Assembly: GCF_006345805.1 (NCBI RefSeq)
Contig: NC_043004.1
Location: 93,124,001 to 93,188,000, forward strand
Source of the DNA: Octopus sinensis
Taxonomy: Eukaryota
Length of the DNA: 64,000 nucleotides
Direction: 5' to 3'
The translations under genes were made by a program, and so were the position numbers. Every line of letters starts with the position of its first letter. Position 1 is the first letter of the stretch. A model generated the notes under the pieces. That model was not told the origin of the DNA and ran no database searches. It was given only the letters and a program-made list of their open reading frames with translations. Shown piece after piece: positions 1 through 12,270 of the stretch.

Positions 1-851
1 CTAAACTGTAACACTGTTGTCTTAGTGTAAAACTAATTAATTAGTAAGACTTTCCAAGCATGGTTTAACTTGTTTTTTTTTAACTGCTAATTTACATTTT
101 GGCTTTTTGATGTAGCCTTTCCTAATTTATTTGAATGTGATTAATAAAATATGGGTCTTTTTTTTATTAACTTTATTGCTTTTCATTTGTTCCTTGTATA
201 ATATACTTCAAAAAAATTTTATTTTTGTATTTGTAGATGTTTTTAATTTTTATATATAGATATTTAGAGCCAATTGTTAGCGTCATCATTACCAAACAAT
301 ATTTCTTTGGAAATTTTTTTAAAAAAAGTTTTATTTTATTCAAGAAAAGAAAACTACTTATTATAAAGTGAATTCCAAAATATTGAAAAAAATTTTTTTT
401 TTGTTTTAAACTAAGATATAAATGTTTTGTGTGTATATTTTAAAACTGTACACATAAGCTCTTACTGATATTACTCTGAGCCTAGTTAAGTTAGGAGAAA
501 CCTATAAAAGAGAAGGAAACCTGAAAAGTTTTCCCCATATGTCCCTATTATTTTATTCCTTCATATCTTCTGTATGTCTCCATACTTAGTTTCAAATAAT
601 CCATGAAAGGTTGGTATTTTTAAGTTTTTAAAATTTGTTTTATTTTCCTTATAACAGCTTAGTTTATATCATCATTGACGTGTATGTGTATTTTTGTCTG
701 AATACTTATGTCAGTGGATAAACCTTGGTTGTATAGTCTTTCCTCTTTAACATATTTGATTAAAAGGTACTATCAATCTGTTATCTTTTATATGGCTAGC
801 TGTGTGTATGTGTGTGTACAAAGATATATCTATATATTTTATGCACAACAG

Positions 852-1032
852 GCTAGATGGACTGATAGCAGTCTTGGATTGGATCCCAGCCAGCAGAAAG
901 AGACTCATGGTATGTACCCATTCCTGAATAAAGAACAGCTCTTCCTACTGGCTGACTGTTTACTAGAGTCTCACAAGTTTGCCAAGGCATTCAACTCCAA
1001 CCATGAACAACGTAACATTCTTTGGAAAGCCG
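852..1032 (+). CDS. ARFGEF1: Brefeldin A-inhibited Arf-GEF (BIG1/BIG2, Sec71 family), internal exon near C-terminus
   Basis: Acceptor acAG|851, donor G|GTATGT at 1033. Translates [60 protein letters not shown](G), matching the BIG1/2 motif GMY..L...[34 protein letters not shown]1 vs ARFGEF2 cannot be resolved from this sequence. Confidence 0.93.
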
Positions 1033-2237
1033 GTATGTAGCTGTTTTTCATAGCATTATTTCTTACCTTCATAGTACACAGCATCACACCATACACCTCA
1101 TCACAACATGACATCACACAGCTTCACACAACACTGTATGACTCCACACAACACAATTCAACCTGGCACACCATGAAATACTTCATCACAAAGCATCACA
1201 GCACAGTAAAACCAACAGAATTACAACACAACCATATAACTATAGTTTCAGATTTTGTTAACCTCATTGTTGATGGATCAATTTTCCTATTGTCTTCAGG
1301 TACCTATTTTTTACACACACACACACATGCATAAGAAACATTTCAGGCCATTGGGAGATATGTTGAACCTTGGACAGTTGAAATAGTCAGCACCTCTCAT
1401 TGAGTGGTTCATATACTAAGCAAGCAATGAAACCGCTACTATTTAGCCTTACATCAACATCATCATCCATCAGTCTACTATCTACTGTTATGATGTGAAC
1501 AGAGAAAAATAAGCAAAATAATTGAAGGTGTCCTTGTGGAGATGAATTAACAAACTTGTTATTACTATGAATGTAAGGCACCAATAAATCCTAAATAAGC
1601 CAAACTTTTGGTTATTTGACAATAAATAACAACACAAAATGGTGATGTGGCATGGTGGTTAGAGCATCAGACTAAATCCCTTGTGGTATTTATTCTGATC
1701 TGTGTTCTGAGTTCAATTTCCACTGAAGCCAGTTTTGCTTTTCATTCTTCCAGAGTTGATAAAGTATCAATCTAGGACTTTGATTGTTGATTTTTTTTAA
1801 AGGTTGGACTAAATGCCTTGTAGTATATTTTCTGGTTATTTGCATTCCGACTTCAAATCCTGCTGTGGCCTAGTTGGATTGGATTGTTGATTTAGTCCAT
1901 CGCCTGGTTTAACATCAGCACCACTTGGCACCTTGAATGCTTTTAGCATAGCTCACTCTGTTGCAAGCATTCAAGCGAGGCTTCCAATTTGAGAACATTT
2001 TTCGCCTTTCCTTATACTATTGTCAGGAGCAAAGCAATAAAATAAAAATCTGATGAAACCTAAAAAAATAACTATAGCATAATTAGTTGTGAATTATGGA
2101 AATGAATGGGCTGAAATTTGAGCTTAGCATGGCTCCTGGCGTTTGCCAGATCCTTTCAAACCATCTACTCAATGCCAGCATAGAAAACAGACATTAAATG
2201 ATGATGATAATAAATGCTTTAATCTATGAGTGTTTAA

Positions 2238-2457
2238 CCCTTTAGCATTCACATTAATTCATCAGTTGTAATGCTTATTTATCCACATTATTTCATATTA
2301 ATTCTGCATTATCTCATAGCTTCATGATTTTGATGATGTGATTGTCTATGTTTAGAATGACACTGTAGGGTAGGTGTGAGAGGTGGGATCTGGCCTGTTT
2401 AAACATAAAATAGATGAAATATTTTGGCCGGATATGGCCTGTTTGAATGCTAAAGGG
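2238..2457. mobile_element. piggyBac-type MITE
   Basis: TTAA|CCCTTTAGCATT...AATGCTAAAGGG|TTAA: terminal inverted repeats with TTAA duplication (2234-2237 and 2458-2461). Confidence 0.8.
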
Positions 2458-2615
2458 TTAATTGTTGAACCTATCAAACCTGTGTCCCCCACACACAATA
2501 CTAAATACATGCAAGGGTTATATTTTAAAAACAGTTAAAACACTGCCACCACCAATTCATCTTCCAAATGACATAATAACAGTAATTTTAAACCCAATGT
2601 TTCTCTGATGTTTAG

Positions 2616-2754
2616 GTTTCAAAGGCAAGGCCAAACCAAACCTGATGAAACAAGAGACACAGAGTCTGGCATGTCTCCTACGGATACTTTTCAGAATGGA
2701 CAATGATGAGAGTCGAGTCGAGTTCCAGTTGGAAATTCAAGAGAAGTTGATATC
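2616..2754 (+). CDS. ARFGEF1: BIG1/BIG2 Arf-GEF exon
   Basis: tttAG|GT at 2614-2615 completes the phase-1 Gly codon. (G)[45 protein letters not shown](S); donor TC|GTAAGT at 2755. Matches BIG1/2 [29 protein letters not shown]. Confidence 0.93.
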
Positions 2755-2771
2755 GTAAGTATCCTCTCCGG

Positions 2772-2915
<144 letters not shown>

Positions 2916-3150
2916 AACAATCCTGTTCACTTGAAACATTTGTTGCCTCTCACTTGCAATGTTGCCTTCATATTATAGTAGAATGAAAAAGAGTTGTCAA
3001 GACAGAAACAAAGCAACCTACAGCTGAAAAGTCAATGAGTTGGTATTGTTTACTGAAGATTTGGTTTGGGCCAATTCAAAGATCCTGTCTTTGATGACAC
3101 AACAAGCAGTGCTACTATTGATTCTAATATTATATTATATGATAATAATA

Positions 3151-3410
3151 CTGGCACCTGTGCCGGTCGCATGTGTCAAAAGATTCGAGTGAGGTCGTTG
3201 CCAGTACCGCCTGATTGGCCCCCATGCTGGTGGCATGTAAAAGCACCCACTACACTCTTGGAGTGGTTTGCGTTAGGAAGGGCATCCAGCTGTAGAAACT
3301 CTGCCAGATCAAGATTGGAGCCTGGTGCAGCCATCTGGTTCGCCAGCCCTCAGTCAAATCATCCAACCCATGCTAGCATGGAAAGTGGATGTTAAACGAT
3401 GATGATGATG
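3151..3410 (+). mobile_element. RTE-like LINE/SINE 3' end with (GAT)n tail
   Basis: ...GTAAAAGCACCCACTACACTC...GGCGTTAGGAAGGGCATCCAGCTGTAGAAAC...GTTAAACGATGATGATG; same family at 6233 and 6896. Confidence 0.7.
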
Positions 3411-4439
3411 AATAATGATGAACTCTTCTGTCGAAGATGACATATGAGAGTTCAGCTTTTGCCGAAGGACCTAAATGATTTGTTTATAATGATCAACTGT
3501 TTGTGAAAGATATTAGCTCGCTCTCTCCATCAAATTGACGTTGTCTGAATAGGTGCATGGTGTACCACATATCAGGTGTCAGTGATCATAGAGCAACATG
3601 AGATTAAGTGTTTTGCTCAAGAACACAACACACCACTCAGTCTAGGAATTGAAATCATGATTGCTAGGTTGTGAGTGCAACATCCTCACCACTAGGCCAT
3701 GCTTTGTGGTTCTGTTAGTTCACTGAGATGGTTGATACCTATCACTTGCAATGAAAGTGGGAAGGTGAAGGGTTACTGAACAGGAATTTGTTTGCTGGGA
3801 ATGTGACCGAGATGAACCAAAAACCCAATCTTCAGTAACAAAACAGGACTGATAATAATAATAATCATAATAGTAGTAGTAGTAGTAATAGTAATAGTTG
3901 GCAAGATAGTCAAGCAACAGTTGATAGGGGCTGCCATCAACTACTGGTGGAAGGATTCTCTGAAGAGGGAAATAGTAAAAGAGCTAGTGATAGAGAAAAA
4001 TAGACTGGGATTGATGGGAGAGTGAGTTAACGAGCTAACAGAGTTGAAATTACGTATGTTTACATTGTGGCACAAGGTTATCCAAATAGCCTGCCTATAA
4101 CAATGCTGGTAGTAGTAGTAGTAGTAGATGAGAATATGTTTTAATGAATTTTCATTATTTTTTTCAATTTTACTGAAACATTGTAACAGTTTTTGCTAAC
4201 TTCCAGTTTATGTCTATCACATTCCTCTGTCATCTCTCTCACTTTCATTTCCCTTTCTCTCTAACTCCTTATTTACTCGCATATCTACTTGTTTATCTGT
4301 CTCACTCAGTCCTCTTTCACTCCACTCTTCTCTCATCTCTCACTCATACTCCTCTTGCACTCACTCACTCTCTTTTTGTTTTCACTCATCACTTGCTTGC
4401 TTCTCTCTCATCTAAAATCTCTTTCATCTCCGTCTCCAG

Positions 4440-4557
4440 GGTATGTAAAGAAGCCCTTGAATATTTCCTGTCCCTCCAGTCAGACAGTCACAGAGAATCC
4501 TGGAATAGTCTGCTCATCCTGCTCCTCACACGTCTTCTCAAGATGAATGATAAACAA
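4440..4557 (+). CDS. ARFGEF1: BIG1/BIG2 Arf-GEF exon
   Basis: Long pyrimidine tract then ctccAG| at 4438-4439, phase 2 compatible. (S)VCKEALEYFLSLQSDSHRESWNSLLILLLTRLLKMNDKQ; donor CAA|GTAAGT at 4558. Matches BIG [35 protein letters not shown]. Confidence 0.93.
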
Positions 4558-5090
4558 GTAAGTCACATGACTGTGTGTTTGTGTAAAATACTGGTTGTAG
4601 TGTGCAGCTCAGTTTGTCATGTGGTCACTGGCCCAAGCTGTAGTCTCTAATTGCATAAACCTTTTGGTCATCTCCCTCTCTCTCTATGTATTAAATAGAC
4701 TTGAGTCCCGACAGAAATCTGCTACAGGTGTTTTAATTTTACATGAGAGAACACTTTATTCTGCCTCAGTTCACTTTGCTGACAATGGGTAAGAGGTACC
4801 AGAACATAGGGGGAATGTTATTGTTAACTCTGATTGACTGACATCTATGATCTACCTGATATCCTGATGTCAGAGCTATATACTGGCCTTTAAAAAGTTT
4901 CATTGGATTTAGGTGTCTATGTTAGCATATATGTTTGGTTTTGCTTGATCTACTGAAATGTGGCAAGTTAGATCTTGCATCACTAAAATGTATATTGTGA
5001 GAAAGTTATGATAGTTTCTCTTGTAGCGGAAAGAGTGTTAACATTTTGGAACAGGGCAGGTATCTTCATTATTGGCCAGTAATGAACAAC

Positions 5091-5290
5091 TCTGTTTACT
5101 TGTTTCAGTCATTTGACTACGGCCATGCTGAAGCACCGCCTTTAGTCGAGCAAATCGACCCCGGGACTTATTCTTTGTAAGCCCAGTACTTATTCTATCG
5201 ATCTCTTTTGCCGAACCGCTAAGTTACAGGGACGTAAACACACCAGCATCGGTTGTCAAGCAATGCTAGGGGACAAACACAAACATATAC

Positions 5291-5345
<55 letters not shown>

Positions 5346-5517
5346 CATATATATGACAGGCTTCTTTCAGTTTCCGTCTACCAAATCCACTCACAAGGCA
5401 TTGGTCGGCCCGAGACTATAGCAGAAGACAGTTGCCCAAGATGCCGCACAGTGGGACTGAACCCAGAACCATGTGGTTGGTAAGCAAGCTACTTACCACA
5501 CAACCACTTCTGCACCT
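5091..5517 (-). mobile_element. tRNA-derived SINE family A (head/core + internal microsatellite + tail)
   Basis: Minus strand has A-box TGGTTGTGTGG, B-box GGTTCAGTCCC, core CTTGGGCAA.TGTCTTC, central (TA)n(TG)n, tail ...GCATGGCCGTAGTCAAATGACTGAAACAAGTAAA. More than 10 copies in the window. Confidence 0.85.
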
Positions 5518-5858
5518 ATATACAAAACTTATGCTATGTGTTGAAAACTTTAGATATTTTCTCTTTCTGTGGTAACAAATGTATCCCATGGATGTCATAA
5601 GAGGAAACAGTGACATTAGATCTCACAATGTTTGTCTAAGATGGTTAGGTGTAAGGTGAAGGAGATTTGGTAGGTAGGTATTTTTATATAGTTGGATGGA
5701 TTCATAAAAGCTTCTTCATTAGCTTATTGAAAATAGATGTTTAGACTGATTATCAATCTATCTTTCAATATACATGTATGTATCACCACCCTTCAAGGAT
5801 TGGGAATGGTGTGACTTGGTGAAACTTCTGTATCACCTCACCTATCTCTCTCTCTCTC

Positions 5859-5899
<41 letters not shown>

Positions 5900-5900
5900 G

Positions 5901-6158
5901 TAAGTAGAGTTAGCGGTTGGAATAACCGTTTAAGGGATAAGAATATCCATTATTACTATCGGTACCAATTACCTATGTTAACCCTGGGCATGGATATGCA
6001 GGTAATAACAGAATAAACAAGAGTTTATCAGGAATCAAATTTAAAATAAGCAGAAAATGGAGAAAGCTTTTGATTAACAAACAAATTGACTACCATCGGT
6101 TAATTATCTTTTAATCTGTTTGTTGATCAAAAGTCTTCTCCATTTTCTGCTTATTTTA
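5901..6158 (-). mobile_element. Retroelement 3'-end stub with fold-back inversion, in (GA)n/(CA)n microsatellite (probable PLE)
   Basis: Flanked by microsatellites; 46-bp inverted arms at 6042-6087 and 6113-6158; same architecture as 17184-17464 and 19122-19346. Confidence 0.45.
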
Positions 6159-6232
6159 TATACATACACACACACACACACACATACATATTGTCTGAAG
6201 GTCACAGTGACATGAAACTCAAGTCACAAGAC

Positions 6233-6497
6233 ATGGCTTCCGTGCCAGTGGCACGTTAAAAGCTCCAACCGATCGTGACCGATGCCGGAACCCCCCTCCT
6301 GGCACCTGTGCAGGTGGCACGTAAAAAGCACCCACTACACTCGCGGAGTGGTTGGCATTAGGAAGGGCATCCAGCTTATAAACTCTGCCAGATCAGACTG
6401 GAGCCTGGTGCAGCCCTTGGCTTCCCAGACCCCGGTCAAACCGTCCAACCCGTGCTAGCGCGGAAAACGGACGTTAAACGATGATGATAATGATGAT
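6233..6497 (+). mobile_element. RTE-like 3' end with (GAT)n tail
   Basis: Same family as 3151-3410, with internal duplication of GTGGCACGT.AAA. Confidence 0.7.
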
Positions 6498-6895
6498 CTT
6501 CTACAACATGTATTGTGCACTTTCTCAATCATTTGACACTGAACACTGTACGCACAACACACACACATATCAAAAATGGGGAGGCACAGTAATGTGTGAC
6601 ATGCAAACAGAATTGGGCTCCACAATCCACTCTGATATCTAGTATAGTAAGATGTGAGGCACCAAACTTAGGATAAGCTAGAGTATGGAGCACGAGCCAG
6701 ATGGTGGAGATGAATACAGGCATTTTCCTGTTTTATTCTGACTTGTATATAACCCATAGTCTTCACTAAACTTGCCAAAGTATTCTTCGAGTTGTGTTAA
6801 CATATTAATAGCCGCACACATGTATTCAATTTGTTGTTGTTGGCAACTTTTTGTCTCGGGAGACAATGGAGTTGCACATCCTCTCCAGTTTTGCG

Positions 6896-7168
6896 CAGGC
6901 CTGGGCCGTTGCCAGCCTCGCCTGGCCCCCATGCCGGTGGCACGTAAAAAGCACCATCCGATCGTGGCCGTTTGCCAGCCTTGTCTGGCACGTAAAAAGC
7001 ACCCACTACACTCACGGAGTGGTTGGCGTTAGGAAGGGCATCCAGCTGTAGAAACATTGCCAGATCAGTCTGGGCCTGGTGCAGCCTTCTGGCTTCCCAG
7101 ACCCTAGTTGAACCGTCCAACTCATGCTAGAATGGAAAGCGGATGCTAAACAAAGATGATGATGATGG
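6896..7168 (+). mobile_element. RTE-like 3' end with (GAT)n tail
   Basis: Same family as 3151-3410; GCACGTAAAAAGCACC duplicated. Confidence 0.7.
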
Positions 7169-7189
7169 GCTAGATGTAAGAAAATCCTG

Positions 7190-7450
7190 GTAGCCCAATA
7201 GTCAGGATTCCTCTCTCAACCTTGCTGACGTATTCCAAAGGAGTGCAGAGCATTACGTTTGGCTCCAGCTTGGTTGCAGGAGCTGCTGGAAGAGTGTCGA
7301 GTCGAACACTAAACTGCTTACGGGGCTCCACTCTGGATTTCTTTGATGGTTGTCTCCTTTCCATAACCCTGGACAGGGGCCCCTGACCAGGTACTGTCGG
7401 CTGGAGCCAGCTGAGCCTGGGACTCGTGTCAGGCAGGGTCAACACTCCCT
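7190..7450 (+). mobile_element. Possible RTE-clade LINE 5' UTR fragment
   Basis: GC-richer island with CCTCTCTCAACCTTGCTGACGTA...GTTTGGCTCCAGCTTGGTTGCAGGAGCTGCTGGAAG, resembling RTE 5' UTRs (from recollection, not aligned). Confidence 0.35.
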
Positions 7451-7834
7451 GAAGTAGTGAAGAAAATCACTACCTACTACCTATGTATTCAATACTTCTT
7501 TGCTTTATTACCCAAACATACTCAAGTGTAAGCTTAGTGCGGCACTGAACAATCAGCTCCACACACACACATGTAAACATGTTGCAAGTGGATAGATAGA
7601 GCATCAAACTAAATACTTTATTCTTGGTTCAAATCCCATACTGGTTCAGTTTTGTTTCCTCTCCTTTCAAGATTGGTAAAATAAGTGCCTGGATTGTTGT
7701 TTGCTGTGATTGAATATACCCTTGAAGGTAGTACTCCAGCATGATCACAATCTAATTACTGAAATCACCAAGAGAACACACTCATACTCACTTTCAAAGT
7801 TAGTGTTACCTTATTTAAAGCAGGGAACATGAAA

Positions 7835-8225
7835 AAGCTGGCTGTGTGGTAAGCAGCTTGCTATCCAACCATATGGTTCCAGGTTCAGTCCCACTGCATG
7901 GCATCTTGGGCAAGTGTCTTCTGCTATAGCCCCAGGCCGCCAATGCCTTGTGAGTGGATTGGGAGACAGAAACTGAAAGAAGCCTGTCGTATATATGTAT
8001 ATGTATGTATGTGTTTGTGTGTCTGTGTTTGTACCCCTAGCATTGCTTGATAACCGATGCTGGTGTGTTTACGTCCCCGTCACTTAGCGGTTCGGCAAAA
8101 GAGACCGATCGAATAAGTACTGGGCTTACAAAGAATAAGTCCCAGGGTCGAGTTGCTCGACTAAAGGCGGTGCTCCAGCATGGCCGCAGTCAAATGACTG
8201 AAACACGTAAAAGAGTAAAAGAGTA
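7835..8225 (+). mobile_element. SINE family A, full length
   Basis: TGGCTGTGTGG A-box, GGTTCAGTCCC B-box, core, internal (TA)(ATGT)(TG), tail ending GTAAAAGAGTAAAAGAGT. Confidence 0.88.
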
Positions 8226-8487
8226 TTAATCCTGTAACTAATGCTATCTTCATTTTCATCCAAAAGGTATGGGAGACAACTCAGGACATGTTTCTGTCAT
8301 ATTCTGACCTTAGTGAGAAAGCATTTATTGAATTAGACTAATACATCATGCTCAATAAGCATTTTAACTCCATAAACATAACCCAGCAGTGTTCTCTTTA
8401 GATTTTAGTTATGATTTTGCTATTTGATGTTTTTGAAACCATTGCCTAAGTGAATGTCTTTCATGTTTTCTCGTCTGTTTGTTTCAG

Positions 8488-8622
8488 TTCCGTGCCCACG
8501 CCTCTGTATATTACCCCTATATGTGCGACACTATGGTGTTTGATTTGAAGCCCGAGATGAGATCGATACTACGAAAATTCTTCATCCGCGTCGGACAGAC
8601 ATTCCAAGTTTGCGATGAGTGA
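8488..8622 (+). CDS. ARFGEF1: BIG1/BIG2 Arf-GEF last recognisable coding exon
   Basis: gtttcAG| at 8486-8487, phase 0. FRAHASVYYPYMCDTMVFDLKPEMRSILRKFFIRVGQTFQVCDE*, matching BIG [36 protein letters not shown]. The stop TGA (8620-8622) overlaps a GTGAGT donor consensus. Confidence 0.9.
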   Translation, partial: FRAHASVYYPYMCDTMVFDLKPEMRSILRKFFIRVGQTFQVCDE

Positions 8623-9121
8623 GTTAGCAAAGGCTGCGTCGCTTGCTGTTGCTGCTGTTGTCGTAGTATTAAACAATTATTATTATAATAATAGTGGTGG
8701 TGGTGGTGGTAGAGTCAGAACAGTGACTTGATGGATTGCCATGGTGGGGGATATTGTAATTGTGGCAGTGGCAGTGGTGGGTAGAGTTGGTGGTAGTAAC
8801 AACTGGAGTGTTGGAAGAAGTATGGTGGTGATAGGGGAGGTAGTATGGTGGGGATGAGGCAGCTTAAACTCTAGAATGGGGTAAAATCCAGAAGAGTGTG
8901 TTATAGTAAGTAAGGTTATTTATGAGTATGACTTCAATGTCCTGACTGAGGTGAATTCAGCAACTGTGCTACAAATGGAATTGCCCTTTATTTTCACCTC
9001 TCTCCCTCCCCTACCAAACCTCTTCCTTGTCTGTATTGTGGTAGTGTAACAAACACTCACACACAGCATTCTATATTCCAGCTTGGCCAGAACAAAATTT
9101 TTAGCCAACCATCTTGAATGT

Positions 9122-9159
<38 letters not shown>

Positions 9160-9419
9160 CATATACCCTACACGAGTTGCTTTTTTTTTTTATAGATGTT
9201 TTCTGTTCCCTTCCATCTCTCAGGCTTAATGAAAAAATTTTATTATTAATTAATTAATGACTCGTTATCATTATTTTATCTCTCTACATTTCTTCTTTGT
9301 AGTTGTAGCATTTTGTCTAATGCTCCACCATTTCTACCAATAATACTAATGGCAAATGGTGGTGGTTGAGGTGGCTTATTATTTTTATTATTATCATCAT
9401 CATTATTATTATTATTTGC

Positions 9420-10065
9420 AGAATTGGTATAGTGTTGGACAAAATGCCTTGTAGTAGTTTATTATCTTCTTTTATGTTCTGAGTTTAAATCCCACCAAGG
9501 TTAACTTTGCATTTCAGCCACCTGAGTTCAAATTCCACTGAGGTAGACTTTACCTTTCGTCAGTCTGGGGTTGATAAAACAAGTACCAGTTGAGTACTGG
9601 GAGTCTGAGTAATTGACTTAACTCTACCCCAAAATTTCAGACCTTGTGTCTATAGTAGAAAGAATTTTTTATTATCATTGGTTCCTGAGGTTGATTTTTG
9701 CCATTCATCTTTCAGGGTCAATAAAATAAGTACAGGATGATTATCGGGGTTGATGTAATCAGTTTCTCTCACCCCTTCAAAATTCCTGGTCTTTTGCCAA
9801 AATTAGAAAGAAATATTAGTATAATTGGTTAAAGCAGCAAGCTGGCAGAATTGTTAGATTATCAGGAAAAAATGCCTTCTGATAAATTCTCTGACTCAAC
9901 ATTCTGAGTTCAAATCCTGCCAAGATCAACTTTATCTTTCATCCTTTCAGGATTAATGAAATAAAGCGCCACTCAAGTAGATGGGGTTGGTGGTATCAAC
10001 TAACCATCTCTCTTCAAAACAGCTGGTTGTATGCCTAATTTAGAAATGATTATCATTATCATTAG
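9420..10065 (+). repeat. Tandem cluster of degenerate SINE family C bodies
   Basis: Repeated TTCTGAGTTCAAATCC..CCAAGGTCAACTTT.C.TTTCATC..TTC.GGG units separated by ATT-rich tails. Confidence 0.75.
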
Positions 10066-10077
10066 TAGTAGTAGCAG

Positions 10078-10270
10078 TGAAGGTGTGTGGCCTAGTGGTT
10101 AGGGTGTTGCATTTACAATTACTAGATTGTGGGTTCAGTTCCTGGACTGGGTGGCGCATTGTGTTCTTCAGCAAAATAATTTCATTTCATGTTGCTCTGT
10201 TTCACTCAGCTGTAAATGGAATAGTCTTCTGATCAGGGGGCAATGTTAGTCTGCTTATTTAGCCAGAAGG
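10078..10270 (+). mobile_element. tRNA-derived SINE family D (degenerate)
   Basis: TGGCCTAGTGG A-box, GGTTCAGTTCC B-box, TGTGTTCTTCAGCAAAA...CACTCAGCTGTAAATG core. Confidence 0.7.
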
Positions 10271-11077
10271 GTTGCATCATCCAGTTCTCTTTACCAGCCG
10301 TCTCTTCTTTGCCTTATTAGACTTCTACCAAGTAGTTCTTTTTTCAGTTTTCTTGGTTTTACTTTAGTGTTTGAATGAAAATCAGTGACAGCCCTTACTT
10401 TTTACCCCTATATTTTGGCATTACAAAACAAAAAAACCAAAAGTATTTTTTTCTCTTATCCACACACACTCAAGTTTCCTAACTTCTGTTGGGAGTGGAC
10501 AATTTACAGGCATTATTGCCAGTAATATAGTTACAGGTGAATCCAAAGTTTCAGTTTTCTGTGACCTGACAGCAGTAATATTAACAAGAATAACAGCAAT
10601 AGTAATTATCTGAAGCATATTAGTAAGGCCACAGTCATTGGTTGATGAACATAGCCAATTAAACAACCCACACTACTGCTACTATTAGTAGTAATAGTAG
10701 TAGTAGTTTCTTGCCAGAAATTTTGTAGGAGGGGGACAGTCCATTAAGTGAACCCTAGTACATGACTAGATCCTTTTACTGACCCCAGAAAAATGAAATG
10801 TAAAGATGACCTCAGATAATACCGTGTTCTTATGGGTCATTTCCTTAACTGTGTGTGTGTGTGTGTGTGTCACAATGGTATCCAAATAGTAATGATGATA
10901 AAATTACACCCAAAAGTGATGAATAAAGGAGATTATTGTTTACCACTAAGCTACATCTTCTGAGTCTCCAGTTACAGCTGCTGCCCTTCTTCCCCCCCCC
11001 ACATCTCCTGCAGTATACTAACTGTTGTTGTTGTTGTTGTTCTTGCGTTACTCACCCCTTTGTCTTCCTCCCTTTAG

Positions 11078-12270
11078 TTCTTACTTGGATTAGTATTTTC
11101 CCCTTATCATCCTAGCTGGTCATGACTCTATCCTGTACATCTACTGTCCACTGTTGTCTGCCCCCTCTACATGTGGACAGTAATAGTAAAAAAAAAATAC
11201 AAAAAATGACTTACTAAATGAAATGGTAGAATCTGTTGATTTTTTTGTACTTAATACTTGTATTGTTATATGGCTGAATGGTTAACATGTTTGACTTGTA
11301 ATCATGAGGTCCTTGGGTTCAGTACCATGATATGACACCTCCAGAAAATGCCTTCTACCATAGCGTGGGAGTGGAATTGAACAGACAATTGTGTAGCAAT
11401 CCATCAGATTGTCTCTACATATGACACCATAACACAATGTAATGCTGATGACATCTGAGGATTACATCAAAGGTTCAAGTGTCTGTGGAATACTCTACCA
11501 CTTATACTGAACTGTAATTCATTGAATAGGAAGTTCTGATGACAGAACAACTGGTATATTTATTGGTGAAGCTAATGTGAGCCTGGTTTACTTTTTTTTA
11601 CTGTGCAGGTTTAGTTAAATCCTTCAGTTGAATTTGTTTTAATAAGCTGCCATCACCCAATTTGTAAATGGTCAGCATACTTAGATGAAAGATCAATGCA
11701 ATGTCTGCCTTGATAATCCCAACAGCCCTGATGTAATTCCCTACCATCATGGCATCAGATTAATGACACTACAAAAGATGATGTTTGGAGGATGTTGACA
11801 TGCATGATAGATCAGCAGACACATCAGCTCTTTAGTAATGTTTGACTGGCTTCACAAAGGTACATGCTTGGTGATCAAAGCATCTGCTCTCGGTCAACAT
11901 GGCGGACACATGATATGCGATTCAGATAACAGCTTCAAATACCTCTAAACCAATACAACTCAGTTTGTAGGGACCAAGTTCCATAACTAGCAGAACTAAG
12001 TCTAACAGTTCCTGGAATACATAAATTTTATTTCGTATCATGCTCTTATTTTTGGGACTTCAGGGGTCCCATATCAAGCAGCTTTGTATTATTGTTTCTC
12101 TTAGAAACCAATATGTTAATTCTTTAGTATATTGGGGGTGACAAGACCGTCACTTTGTGACTTCTTTTCTGTAATTAATATATATATATGAAACACATAA
12201 GTGCAATCTGCACTTTGTTTATTGTTTTCTGTTCAATCTTACAACAATTTAAATAAAAATTTAAATTTTT
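11078..12270 (+). other. Candidate alternative terminal exon / 3' UTR of the ARFGEF gene
   Basis: Branch-like TACTCAC, pyrimidine tract and tttAG at 11076-11077 (second AG at 11114-11115). Followed by about 1.2 kb of comparatively repeat-poor sequence with AATAAA at 12252-12257 and again at 12602-12607. Confidence 0.3.

Noticed and set aside
708-851. N-terminal part of the 110-aa ORF at 708-1040
   Set aside because: Intronic read-through upstream of the acceptor at 851; BIG similarity is confined to the exon starting at 852.
4770-4788. Possible 19-nt micro-exon (ctcAG|...GG|GTAAGA) in the last ARFGEF intron
   Set aside because: It would shift the frame, and exons 4440-4557 and 8488-8622 already join in phase with continuous BIG similarity.
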